Source: Podarcis vaucheri (taxonomy: Eukaryota). Taken from it: 64,000 nt of DNA. This document shows, one piece after another, positions 24,810 to 37,946 of this stretch. How positions within the stretch are numbered: position 1 is the first letter of the stretch; every line of letters begins with the position of its first letter. The notes below the pieces were generated by a model, which was not told where the DNA came from, made no database searches, and was given only the letters and a program-made list of their open reading frames with translations. Location: assembly GCA_965113315.1 (NCBI GenBank), contig OZ220363.1; one strand, 5' to 3'. The position numbers were made by a program, and so were the translations under genes.

Positions 24810-24992
24810 AGCATAGGAAGTTGCCTTGCACTACATCAGGCCATTGGTCCATCCAGCTTGGTATTATCTATACTGACGGGAAGTGGCATTCCAAGACCTC
24901 ACACAGGGCTGTGTCCCAGCCCTACCTGGAGGTCCCTGGGATTGAACCTGGGAGTTTCTGCGTGCAAAGCAGACGCTCTGCCACTGAGCTAC
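24810..24992 (-). mobile_element. tRNA-derived SINE (second family; family name uncertain)
   Basis: Reverse-complement head GTAGCTCAGTGGCAGAGCGTCTGCTTTGCACGCAG...GGTTCAATCCC followed by a non-tRNA body. Related copies near 37770 and 42205. Confidence 0.8.
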
Positions 24993-26493
24993 ATCTCGCC
25001 CTTCCTGCAGTGCTCAGTGAGCCCAACAGGGAAGCTGTGTTATGTGTGCTTTCATTGCCATATCTGGTGCCACCTTCTGTGCCCAGCTGCAAGCACTGCC
25101 ATATATCGCTGCCTTCTGTGCACTGTAGATACGAGACAGTCTTCATGAGGGAACTATTAGTGAGAATACTGTATTCTTTATTATGAGGAAGATTGGAATA
25201 CTTAAATCACGGCAGGTCATCCTTTCATTTGGAGAAATAGCTGCAGTTCCAGTGAGTTATGTGTTCCGTTGTTGTAATTTTCTTTAACCAATTGTAATAT
25301 CTCAAGCTCTGTTCAAATAACTGTTCGCAATGTAGAATTACATTTTGCTTATGTGCGCATGTTTTATTTCCCCACCCCACCACACACAGGAGTATCTACA
25401 AGGTTGCTACCATGCAAATAGTAGGGGGGCATACACAAAGTTTTAACTAGAGTTTTCCTTGGAGAAAGCTTAGCCTCCCCCCCTTTCAAGCTAGTTGAGT
25501 AGCATTGAAACATAGCACGTTGTGCTTAAATGAAAGAGCTGCCACTCCACGTCTGAGCAGAGTGAATGCAAGACTATTTTCAACTGGAGAATTTCAAGCT
25601 CTGGGTTCCAGCAAAGCTCAGAAGCTGCTTCTCATGATGTGAAGGGATGATGCATAGTTGCTGTTTTTTAACATGCCGTTTCTTTTCACTAAATTAATGA
25701 AGGTCAAATGCAAGGATGGACAGTTCACTCTGTTTCTGGTCTATGCTGGTTTCTCATGTCTGTATGTGGTGGTGCTGGTTCTTGTATACTGTATTGCTTT
25801 CATCAGATGAAGAAATTAATAGCTAGCATATGGAAAAAATGAGGAAAAAATACAAAACACAAATGGTCATGTGCCCTAGGTGTAAAGTTAACCCGTTTCA
25901 TTCTTATAAATAAACCCATTGCTTGGTTTTCTATAGTACTAGGGATTCAGGTAACAGATGTACTTCATACATCTTCATACTGAAGAGTGATCAGTCCCTC
26001 TTTCTGCATTGCAAAATAAATTGCAAAAGGAAGCGCTGTTTGGAAACAGCATCAAGTGAATTTAGAAAGGGGAAGAAATAAACCAGAAATGGTTTCTGTG
26101 CAGAGCGTGCAATCAGCCAGAGAAATTAACTGCTGCATGGGGTCATAAAGTCAAAGACCACAGCTGGTTCAAAAATGGCTGAATAATTGGCCCGTAATAA
26201 CACTTATGATTGTGTGCCTTAGCGTAATATAATCAAGACTCATGCTTGAGGGGTTTAGCTGATTGGTGTCAGAGTGAATGATCCTGCTTTTTGCATCCCA
26301 TTTCTAGGGTTGTTCCAGTGCCTCTAGAACCTTGGCAGTTTTCTAGTTGTACCTATGGAAGATTCTTGGACATGATTGTTAGAAAAAACCTATGAAAGTG
26401 TAGATTTATGACAAAAAGGTTTTTAACTGCTTATAAAATTAAATGCAACAAATTGTGTGTAGCAGGGTAGGTTTTATATTATTAACACAGGAC

Positions 26494-26524
26494 TTTATTT
26501 ATTTATTTATTTATTTATTTATTT
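26494..26524. repeat. (TTTA)n microsatellite, probably a retroelement tail
   Basis: Seen directly. Confidence 0.9.
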
Positions 26525-27280
26525 GGATGTATATTCCACTAAATAAAAAGACCTTCAGGGAGGCTTTCAATAAACAATAGTTTTTTTAAAAAAAATTCCA
26601 TAAAATGTTAACACTGATTTAAAACCCAGTTAAAACTTTAAAGTGATACACAAGCAGTAAAATAAGCCTGAATGTCTGTTAACCTCTCCCTCCAAAAACT
26701 TCTGAACTCGAAACATCTTGATCAGGTTTTCTGTAGGTGTATATGGAATGAGTCTGGCAGGCCCACCAAGGCAAGGGTTTCCAGTGGGAGGGCATCACGC
26801 ACTGAGAAAAGCCCAGCCCCTCTCTTTAATCCTTCCTGAGAAGACTCCTGTGTCGGAATAAGGTCAGGCTTGCCCATTTGCATTGTCTAATAGAACTCAA
26901 TAGGAGAACAAAATCAACCCGTATCTGCATAAGGACCTTGGGTTACATTTCCCTTCATCACATTAGAAAAGCCTTTTCTAGTCCAGGCCCCCAGATATTG
27001 TTGGACCATAACTCCCATCATCCTGACTACTGGCCATCCTCACCACTGGCTGAAGGGAGATGTAGGCCAACAACATATGGGGATACAAGTTTGCAGAAGG
27101 CTGGGCTATTAAGAACAAGCATCAGAAAAATTGAATCATCATGATAAAACCAAAGATCTGTCTAGCCTGCCTTTTCCTGTTGGAAATACATCTGAGAGAG
27201 GGCCAGACAAGCCACCCTAGGAAGGGAGTGCCGGGCACAGCCGCTGAGTGCTAGAATGTGACAGGGCCCAAGAACAGGTA

Positions 27281-27495
27281 CAGTGGTACCTCGGGTTACA
27301 GACGCTTCAGGTTACAGACTCCACTAACCCAGAAATAGTACCTTGGGTTAAGAACTTTGCTCCAGGATGAGAACAGAAATCGTGCAGCGGCAGCAGGAGG
27401 CCCCATTAGTTACAGTGGTACCTCAGGTTAAGAACATTTTCAGGTTAAGAACGGACCTCCAGAACGAATTAAGTTCTTAACCCGAGGTACCACTG
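27281..27495. mobile_element. Tc1/mariner (Tigger-like) MITE
   Basis: TA|CAGTGGTACCTCGGGTTA ... TAACCCGAGGTACCACTG|TA: perfect 18-bp TIR with TA TSD; an extra internal TIR copy at about 27413. Confidence 0.92.
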
Positions 27496-28974
27496 TACTT
27501 ATCTATATGGAATTCTGGCTGTGATCAGAAATCAGTGCTTCAAATGGAATACGCATACAATAGGTAGGTTGTGTTTGTGAGACAATTGTGTAGGGAGCCT
27601 TAACTGCGTTTATTATGATATTGTTATTTATTGTGTGTAAGCCACTTTGAGATTCATTCGAATGAAAAGTGGCATAGAAATATAATAAATCAAATCAACC
27701 TGGAGGAAAGTGATGAGCTAGTGGAGGCAGGGCTTGGCAGCACTCCCTGTCAGCATGTGTGCTTACACGTGAGTAGAATTAATGCCCAAATAGGGCTAAG
27801 ATGCCTGGATAACACTTTACAGAGCTGATTTGTGTTTTTGCAACCTTTTAGAAGTCTAAGCTTTCTGTGATTTACTGCTCTTGGTGGATATGTGTTGTAT
27901 GTTTTTAATGTGTTTCTTTGTTGCCTTATTCAGGCAATAAGATTTTGGGGTTTGTAGCAAATTCTGAAAGTTACAGGGTGAACTTTTCTTTGACCATCAG
28001 TATTCTGCAACACAGACATCAGATAACTTGACTTTAAAATTTGAATGCTCTTTGGTGGTCCAAAGAGCAATACCGATGCATGTCATGCAGTGTGGCTGGA
28101 GCCACTGACAGAATAGGATGATATTGATGCGGTAACCCACTGCATGCTAAAATGTTATCTGAACCTGTGAAAAGTCTGAAAGTAGCTCAAAGGTTTTTTT
28201 TAGCAGTGTTCTTTTTTCTTTCTTCTTCTTAAAGTTTCACAAATGCCATGCATAGGCTGCACACTTCAAATACAAAGAAAGGTTTCTTAGATTTCTGAAG
28301 ACACTCTTCTACTAGTAGCAATGCCCGTTCAGCCTGCACTCTCCAGAAAATAGTCCCCTCCCCCCAAAAAAAGTATCCCAATAGAACCACACCATCCCCC
28401 CATCCCCTTTTATGCACTTTTCTGTATCCCAACTCTGGACGTGATGTTCCCTGATTAGCTCTCCATGCTTCTTCCCTTAGTGATGTCCTCTTTATCACTA
28501 CCCTTGAAGCCAGTGGGATCCTAATACTGGCTGAGTAGCTACAAGCAATAGCAGGATTAGCTCACTGGAGTAGGAATTAGGGCCGTGCAGCAAAGGGAGG
28601 CTAAGAACATACTACTTTTAGAGGTTAGGTATTAGAACCAAGATGTAGTTTGATGGCAGGGTTTCAGGGTTTAGTGCACGGCAGTCAATCATGACAGCAG
28701 CCCCAGGGACCACATGCCACCCTCACTTGCACATGATTCTCCTGCCTGCTATCCTTTTACCCCTTTCTATACACTTGTTCACAGAATCCACTGAGCAGAA
28801 GTATACAAGCTGTCTCTACGCATCTGAAGTGTCTAAAGTGTTTGTGTGAAAGAATGTGTACCTGTTGATTTGCACAGCTCTACTATTGTGTACTAGAGGT
28901 TCACATATTGTACGCTTGTTGAATGTAACGTGATTGCCACTCCTGATAGTCACTTCCACTGCACTGCGTTAAGG

Positions 28975-29195
28975 TAGGGCTGCCATACATCTGGAATTTC
29001 CCAGACATAGCCAGGATTCGTCTGTTGAAAATGGAGTCCAGGCGTAATTTTCGAAAACTGGCAAAAATGTCTGGTAAAAACTTCCAAGTTTGGGGGGGAA
29101 GGTTTTGCAAAAAAGGCTCAACAACTTTGCCCCCCCCCCAAAACCCCCACAACTTTTGTGTCCAGATTTTCACTGTTTGAAATATGGCAACCCTA
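28975..29195. mobile_element. hAT-like MITE
   Basis: TAGGGCTGCCATA ... TATGGCAACCCTA terminal inverted repeats; TSD not clear. Confidence 0.75.
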
Positions 29196-32100
29196 ATTAA
29201 ACGAGTGAAGGAAAGCGCTCTAAATGACTCCTCTATAGGGTATCCTATGGGTGTTTTGACTTACTAAATTTTCTAGCTCAACTTGCAGGCTACATCTTAG
29301 AAGGGTTTCCCTGGCAAATGGTAGAGACAGATATGTCTCTCTTATTGGATACTGGTATTTTTTCAGGCATAATTAGATTAGAATGCATAACACAAATCTG
29401 ATGGGGCTCGCTTGTGAACTCACTAGTTTAAGCATTCATTCTCTCTTTTACTCCTTGTACATATAAGAGCTAAGTTCATTTTCAGCCACAAGCTTTTGTT
29501 TATGGGAATTTGCCCTCCTAAGTGTTGCACGGTGTTAAATTTACTTCTAGTATAAACAAATTAACAAAACTGATGCTGTACATTAGAATCTGGTGTTGTA
29601 ATTCTCTTAAATGTTAGGCATTTATTGATTTGGTTGCACATTATGCTTCGTGTTTGACCCATTGGAAGTTGAGGAGCATGCACTTGGAGGGTTTGCCTCG
29701 AAGGGTTAATTTCATTTTGTTCCTATTCCCAGCAGCTGTCAAAGGTGTTGAAACATTGGGTATTTATCTTCTTGATAAATGCTGCCCATTTGGATTTGAT
29801 CAGAGCACTTTCAATTTATTCCTGCCAGGGTGAAGTTAGACATCAAGATCTAGAGCGATAAGGAAAAGGAATTCCATTATGACAAGAAAGGTCTACCAAA
29901 CCTTGTCTGGAAGCAAACAGAGGGATGGTACAGCAAATTCAACTTGGCTGTTGCTGAATGTAGATTATAAAGCAGTTCAATAGTTGAGAAACCAATAAAG
30001 AAACACAAACGTTATCTTATTTCATTTAATGTGCCGTAGGTTGTTCCTCAGCGATAGGTTATCAAAGTAATTATTTTCTTGGGCTTACATAAGTTACATG
30101 TGATTGTGTCAATTCACGTATTGAAAGGTTTACTCTATGAAAGTAATTTGGGGAAGATTTTAGAATATGTTTCCCGGTTTGAAACTGTTATTAGCATACT
30201 CTTTGATTTTAGTTACAATTAAAGATTCTAAGAAATATGATGCCATAATTATTCTGTTATGTATTATAAATAATCATGATTCCCGCTAAAAGCTTTAGGG
30301 ATAATAGCAACTTTTAAGATCAACAATTTCTGAAGAGCGAAGGTTATTAAGTTTTCTTTCTCGAGTTTGGTTTAATTGTGATTATCCTCCTAGTGAGCCT
30401 TCATGCTGATATGATTCCATAAAACTTGCATGGAAGTTATTCAGTGTTGCCTGTTTATATATGACATTGCCAGGTTATTATCCCTCACTTTTCTGTGCAA
30501 TTTTCTGTTACTCTTCTTATCTCCCCCTTTTTTGCAGTTAGAAAAGTGACACCATGATTGCACTAGAAAGTGTGGGGTAGCAGCCAAATTTTGTGTGAAT
30601 AAACAGCCTGCCTGATAGCACCCATCGCCTGTTATCTTGTAAGCAAGGACTGGGCCTTGCAACATTTTGTTCGTTTGCAAGTTTTGTTGTGTTGAAAGGG
30701 GACAGTGGGAATGAATTCAGCAGAGAGAAAGAGTGAAATGTGCATAGTAAGGGTGACACAAGTTTGTCTGAGTTTCCAGATAAGTAATAAATATATTTAT
30801 TTATTAAATATATTTATATTTATTAAGCGGTGACCGGGAAGTATGTGTGGTTTAGACCAAGGTTGGGGAACATTTTTGAGCCTGAGGGCTGGATCAAGAA
30901 ATGGCCCACACTCTAGTGACCATAAGTGGCAGGTGGGGGCAGATCCACTCCATCAATCACCAGACTTCATCATGACGTCAGATGACAACTTCAAAGGAGT
31001 TCATCGTCAGCACCAATCAGCTGACAAAAGCTAACAATGTGCTTGGCTTTGTCCATTTGCAGGAACGGTTTGGATTCAAACTGTGCCTGCAAATGGGCAT
31101 TTCTCCTCTGCAGACTAGCAGAGCTGTCTGTAAAAGAAAAATGTCAGTTTGCAGGCACGGCTTGAATCCAAATAGCACTTGCCCATGGACTACTTCAATG
31201 TCTATGCCAATCAGCTAATAGCTGGTTTAGAGTTAGCTTTGCAGGTTAAACCTGTTGAGTATAGCTCCAAGGCCAGAAGAGAGAAGGCCTTGCTCCTGGG
31301 AAATGATAATCCAGCCTCACCAGAATATGGAAACGTGAGAAGGGCCACAGTGACAATTCTTTAAACCCTGTAGCACAGGATGTTCATATGGGGGAAGGTC
31401 TTCCTTGAAATGATCAGGGCTTAGATCATGTACAACCAAGGCACAAACCCAACTGTGTTAGCCTATGTAGGTGTTTCAGAATAGGTACAATATCTTTGCT
31501 CCTTAGCTCTCTCTTGTTTAATAATCTATGGGCAGCAACATTCTGTGCTAGCTAAAGTTGGCAGCTCATTCTGCTTTATGTGCCCATGTGGATGAAATGA
31601 GGCATGATTCATCCATGGCTGGTTTTAAGTGACATTCTAACCTAGTTTAGTGTTTCAAGAATGATCCTAGGGCTTGCCTGCTTTTTACATACAATATGCG
31701 TCAGCAATTGTGTGTGTCCATATGGCAGAACAACAACGGATCCCAGCTCCTTGCTATTGGCTCGCTTGCCTTGGGCTGGATTGTAACTGCATTTCCAGCA
31801 TGCATACATCACATTGCTTGGAATGGCCCCTGGATGTCTAGCCAGTATGATCTGACATGTGTTTGGGCTGATCATTGGTATTTGCTGAGAGCCCATTGCG
31901 GTGCTTTGAAGACCTGACAGCTGATTGTCATGGTTTCAAGGCACCGTGCACACAAGATGGTTTAATTTTTAAGCCTTGTGGGCAAAAATGCATCACCTGA
32001 CATCAGGTGATTTACAGGTGGGCCATTTGGCCAGGATGGGGGAACTAAGAATCTGGCCTGCTGAACAGATGCTGTTGCTCACCCTGGTGGAGATAGTACT

Positions 32101-33817
32101 GAGCTAGATGGACCTAGTACCAGGCAGTTTCCTGTGCTTACCACCCCAGTAAGGAGCTTTCTACATGACATTTCACCTTTTGAGTTAGTCCTGCCTTCCA
32201 AGAAAATGTCACCTGTAATTGATTCCTGCATTGACTAGGGTCAGATAAAGGAGGGAAAAGTTTGGATTTGATTTACAGACATGAGGCTTCTCCTCACATA
32301 AAACCATCTATAGTCATATAAAGCTGGGAAGTAGCAGCACAGAGGCTGCAGATTTGGCGTTTAGAGTCACAAAGATTCTGAGCTTCTGTCTTTAACAAGC
32401 ATCCCGTTACCAATATTGATAATGATGGGGCTAATGCATCCTGCCTGCCGCACCTGTTAAAGCAAGTGAGTATACCTGACATAGTCCTTGGCTACTTGCT
32501 TTTAGTGTGTGTCTGCAAGATAACTTTTTTTAATGTGGTAAACATTGTCTGTCTTTGCAGTGTGTAGGACTCCTGCATCACACAGAAGTACTTAAGATTA
32601 AAGCCTTAATATTTAATAAGCTCTCTATTGTTATATGGAGAGTGTGCCAATGTGAAATTGGGCAGGCAGCTCTGTGGATTAATGGAAATGGGCAGCAGGG
32701 TTTAAAAGCCCCCAGTGATAATCTGTAAATATGCTTAGGCACTGTCTCTCTGCAGCACCGCTGGGGAATCCTTTTCTTTCCCTATTTCATGAATATAAAT
32801 CATCTTTGCAATTCCTGGGCATCATTACCTGTTTGTCATGTGGGATTTTGGGAACATTATTAGTTTGTATGAGGGCATCTGCTCAACCTGAGCATGGATG
32901 TAATTCCTTCACCTCCTAAAATCCTGATGCTTATTAAGTGGTATCATGGAAACAATTGTCAGCGAGTTTTAAAAAGGAGAAGGGGTGAGAATGAGTAAAG
33001 CAATCTCTGGCACTTTAAAATAAGCAGAGCCACTCACTATGTGGCGACATGAATAAGCAGACAGGCAATCTGATATGAAAGCTGAGATAAATCTAGAGAG
33101 ATTTGAGGGATATTCAGGATGCATATCAGTTTTAAGCCTTATGCATTGAGTGGTCCTCCCTGTTTATAGCCGGCTTCCACTTTCTAGGTTAGACATCCCT
33201 GTATTGCCTGGCTTCAGGTAGGGATGCCTATGATACCGCCAAAGAGTAAATGATGCATTCCAGAATAAATGAACCCAAAATTGCCAATATAGTTCTCGGA
33301 ACAATTAAATGCAAATTCTCCGCTATGCTTCCACAAGATTACTATGCATATATTTATGCGAAGTGCTGGCACTTTCAATTTACGTTTCAATTTTGCATTT
33401 AATGCACTGTAAAGCATTGAGCGAAACAGTAGTATCAGAGGAAGAGCCGGCTAAATTAGAAAGAGAAAGCCTTGTGCACCCTCAGCAATAACAATAGAAG
33501 TGTCATCTATTATTTCCGTTTATATGCAGGAATATCTCTTCCCGTAAACAAGGCACTGGAGCATTCAATTAATCAATAGAGCAGAATGACTGAATATCCT
33601 GAGAGTCTGTTTTCTTTGTTAGGTCTCTGCATGGCAAGTGGTGCGAGGACTGACCAACCCACAGTGGCGGAGGTGGCAGTCCCTTCACCGGCTTCTGCTG
33701 TGAATTTGTGAGGAAGTAGTACAGTCTTTGCCCTGCCTCATGTGGCCTCCCACTCTTTGCCTTGTGCTTCCCAGTTGCACTGCACATCACCATTTCCCTC
33801 TTTAAACAGGTATGATG

Positions 33818-34179
33818 CGGGTGGCGCTGTGGTGTAAACCATTGAGCCTTGGGCTTGCCAATCGGAAGGTCGGCGGTTCAAATCCCTGCAACAGAGTGAG
33901 CTCCCATTGTTCAGTCCCAGCTCCTGCCAACCTAGCAGTTTGAAAGCACCTCAAAGTGCAAGTAGATAAATAGGCACAGCTCTGGCAGGAAGGTAAACGG
34001 CATTTCCGTGCGCTACTCTGGTTTCGCCAGAAGCGGCTTAGTCTTCTGGCCACATGACCCAGAAAAAAACTGTCTGCATACAAACGTCAGCTCCCTCGGG
34101 CAGTAAAGCGAGATGAGCGCCACAACCCGAGTCGCGCACGACTGGACTTAACTGTCAGGGGTCCTTTACCTTTACTTTT
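33818..34179 (+). mobile_element. Sauria SINE flanked by 101-bp direct repeats
   Basis: Homologous to the other two Sauria SINEs; flanks 33717-33817 and 34180-34280 are 98/101 identical. Confidence 0.93.
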
Positions 34180-34576
34180 TAGTACAGTCTTTGCCCTGCC
34201 TCATGTGGCCTCCCACTCTTTGCCTTGTGCTTCCCAGTTGTGCTGCACATCACCATTTCTCTCTTTAAACAGGTATGATGTGCTCTCCAAATTTGTGTGG
34301 ATCATTTGTTTTTCCAGTATTACATTTCCCCTCTCTTGTGTTCATCCTTGTCCTATTCTTACTAGCAGAGTTTGTTTTATTTGGTATGTTTGCTTTTTAA
34401 AAAAAATGCTAGGCCTCTGGCCATCTTAGACTGGGAGAGGAAAACTTTTCCTATGAAGGGCAATTGACCTGTGGGGAATGTTAATTGTGGGGTCTGCAGC
34501 CAGTGGTGGGTGCAGTTTACAACATTGCAAGATTGTGTGACTTTTTATTTATATGTTCTACCTTATCCCATCTCTA

Positions 34577-34609
<33 letters not shown>

Positions 34610-37600
34610 AATGAAACAGAAGTGAATTCCAGTGGGGCTGGGTGGAGTGCAAGCATAGCTCCCAAAGTGTCCGCAGAGCCAGATGAGCTGCATCCAGCCC
34701 TCTGACCACAGGTTTCTTCACCCCGGGTTTAGAGTCTAGACACTTTGCTAACTTTTCTGTTAGCACCGGTGGCAAAGCAGCTGCTTTATGATCCTATCAC
34801 AAGGTTCTTCTCCCTGTGATCATTGTGAACCTCTGCCTGTTAATATCTGGCCTGCTTAAATGCAATGCCATGTAGTACTTTTAAAACTCCATTTAGGAGG
34901 CCCACAATGTCACTTGTGATTGAAACACATATAACAACTAACATCTCAGCTTGTAGAAGCCTAAGCCAAGGGAAAGCTTGGAGCATCTGGATTCCCTGTA
35001 AAGGCAGCTGCATCAGATGATTCAGTGGGCAAGACAATTTTATTCCTCTCCCTGCTGTATCTGCAATTAAAAGATAAGTAGGCAATGTTACCCGGAAGAG
35101 GCTTGGTTGCCTCCTCCTCCTCATGTCACTGATGTCACAGCACACTGTGATTGACCAAATATGCTGAGAATTTTTGCCCGGGTTGGGAGGGGGAGAGATG
35201 AGACTGGTGTGGGTGGTCATTTGCTACCCTTTGCTATGGCATTAAAAATAAGTTTGCAGCCATGTTACATGGAGACGTGCCTTCCCTGTTCTGAAAATAC
35301 CAATTGACTCATTTGCTTGCAGCAGTGTGTTATAGTAGATCCAAGCATCCTTTCCACAAGCTTAAACATGTAGCAGGAAGCTATCACGTAGTCCATGTCC
35401 CCTACCCCACCCCTCTGCAGCACTAGCCTTTAGGACCTAAGTGGGATGCTTAAAAGACTAAGAAAATACTGCTTGGGGACTATGTCTGAGGAGTTAGTGA
35501 AGCAAGTTGTTAATCAGAAGAGCATTTGGATGTTATGTAAATTACCAGAAGGTGGCCCTAAAGCTTTATGTTAAGAGTTCAAAAGAATTTTCATAGTGTA
35601 ATTTATGTTCCTTCAACTCCTCATTCAGCAGAGTGAACTGAATACAAATTACTTCTTAGGTTTTATGAGATGTTTCAAGCAAAGCTTACCAAAGTTAACT
35701 AAACTACCTCCTAGCAGGCATGGTAAAAAACTGAACCAAAATACAGACATGTGACACAGCGAACATCCAAAAAAAGTAGGCCAAGTTGTGTGAGTAAAGT
35801 AATACCATAATTTCTCAGGGCACCATTTGAAGAAAATGCAATGAAATTAAAGAACTGCAAGAAAACTCAAGGAGTTGAAACAGGAGTGTGGCATTCAGTT
35901 AAGGGAATATCTGTAAAATAAATATATTTTTGACTCCAGCAGCAATCACCACCATACCTTATGCATCCTCATCACATTTGAATCTGTTGGGTTCTTTGTT
36001 TAATATGTCCCCTGAATTTCTTTTTATGGACATAAGAATGTCCGTAAAAAATAAAATAAGAAAGCAAGAAAATGCAACCAGTTAAAATCGGTAAGACTAA
36101 TTTGCATGTAGTTGATTTAAATGGGGCTAAAGCATGACTACCTTTGCTTGGCATTAGACTGCCACATTTTGCTAATTGTGAAGTGTACATTCTAGGATAT
36201 TAATCTGATAGTGTTACTTTTTCAATAAAACCATAGTTTAGTTTGCTAAAGTGCTAGTTCTAATACTCTCATTGAAACAGCAACAGATACTGAAATTTCA
36301 GGGCAGAGAACTCTCAGCATTGTTAAGTTTCCCAGTGAAAGGATAAGCTTTGATCAGTCTAATGATAAGCATATACATTTAGTAGTTTGCATGATATATG
36401 GAAGCACCTTGGCATATTTTCCCATGTAGATTATCAACCATCGATTCATTAAAGAAAAGAAAGAGCTTTGAGGCAGTTATTGAATTTGTGATAAGGGGAG
36501 GGAAAAGCAGCAGAGCAGGTTCTCATAAACTTCCACCTTTTAAACTTAGGAACTGTACATTTATCAGATATATTTCTGAAGTGCCTTTTCAATGAGGGCC
36601 TAAGCTAATAGACTTAAGGTTTAATCATTACACTTCAGGGAAATAATAAATAGATACCGAAACAACTGTAGCTTTTAACATGTTCCTTTTATGTTCTACT
36701 TTGTACAAAAACTTCATTATTAATGTTAGTAATGGTATGGCTGCATTGTACGTACTAACAATTCTAGACAAAATGTAGCTTTGAAAGACAATGATCAAAT
36801 AAGGATTTTCCCTGGGTTAAGTGTATGAAATGTAGTTAATACTTCCTTTAACACGATTCTACAGAATTGTACAAAAAATACTTGCAAACTAAAACTCTGA
36901 TGAGTAGATTAATAATATTTTAGCAACATGGGAATTGCTTTAGTTTTTTTGTTTTACCTTATCTGCCTGTCTCGTCTGCATTCTTCCTACCTCTCCTTTG
37001 ACTTTCTAATTTAAAAGAAACGCAAAATAAATACAGTACCGCTGCACTGCCTCCTATGAAGTAACAATGACCTGGTTGAAAGCCACCCATTGATACTACA
37101 CCCTCAGCAGATATCTGTTGGATGCCAAGGTAATCCCTATGCATTAGATGGTTACATATTTACTTTTATTATGGTTAGGCAAATGTGGATCTTTTTTCAA
37201 AACTTATATAGCTGAAGGGTTAAAGGCCTGACATTCATATTCCTGCTGATACTCAGAATAAAACCCATTATGCCAATATTTCATGACAATGGTACATGAA
37301 TACTTCTGGTCATGACCTACATAAGAAGTTTATTTTATTTAAAATTGTGTGATGGAATCACGGAAGTGACATGAAGGAACTCTCTTTTGGCTGAAAATTG
37401 TAAAATGGGAAGCAGCCATTATGACCGTGTGATTTCTGCAAGTTATCTGTTTAGGTTTTCACTTGCCACTTATCCTTCAGTGTTGGTCAGTATATTTTGG
37501 GATTGTGTTAAGGCTGCATGTCAGGCATGCATTGTGGCTACACTGTGCATCAATGCTTAACTTTTGAGTTTGGCGGACTCCATAAAATTTTATTTCTTAC

Positions 37601-37767
37601 ATCCTTGTTTCTGATAACACATTGGAAGTGCTGTGAATGATGGCAAGTATTCCACCACGACCCCCTTATTAGACACGGTAGTTTCATTGGTGATGGTGGT
37701 AACACAGGAATGAATTCAATGGGAAGTGAAACTGCTGGTGTGAACTGAACTGAGGGGAAGGGAAGGG

Positions 37768-37946
37768 CCATGGCTCAGTACGGTGTGCATGCAGAGGGTC
37801 CCATGTGCAATTCCTGGCATCTTTAGGTAGGGCCGGGAATGTCCTCCCCCTGAAACCCGGAAGGGGGTCGGGGCTACTGCCTGCAGACAGTACTGAGTTA
37901 GCTGGACCAGTTGACTCAGTATAAAGCAGCTGCCTTTGTTCCTATG
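37768..37946 (+). mobile_element. Degenerate tRNA-derived SINE
   Basis: Similar to the reverse complement of 24810-24992; ends CTGCCTTTGTTCCTATG. Confidence 0.65.

Noticed and set aside
24925-24992. tRNA-like sequence (also at 9870 and 20942)
   Set aside because: These are SINE heads that continue into SINE bodies, without a complete cloverleaf or terminator.
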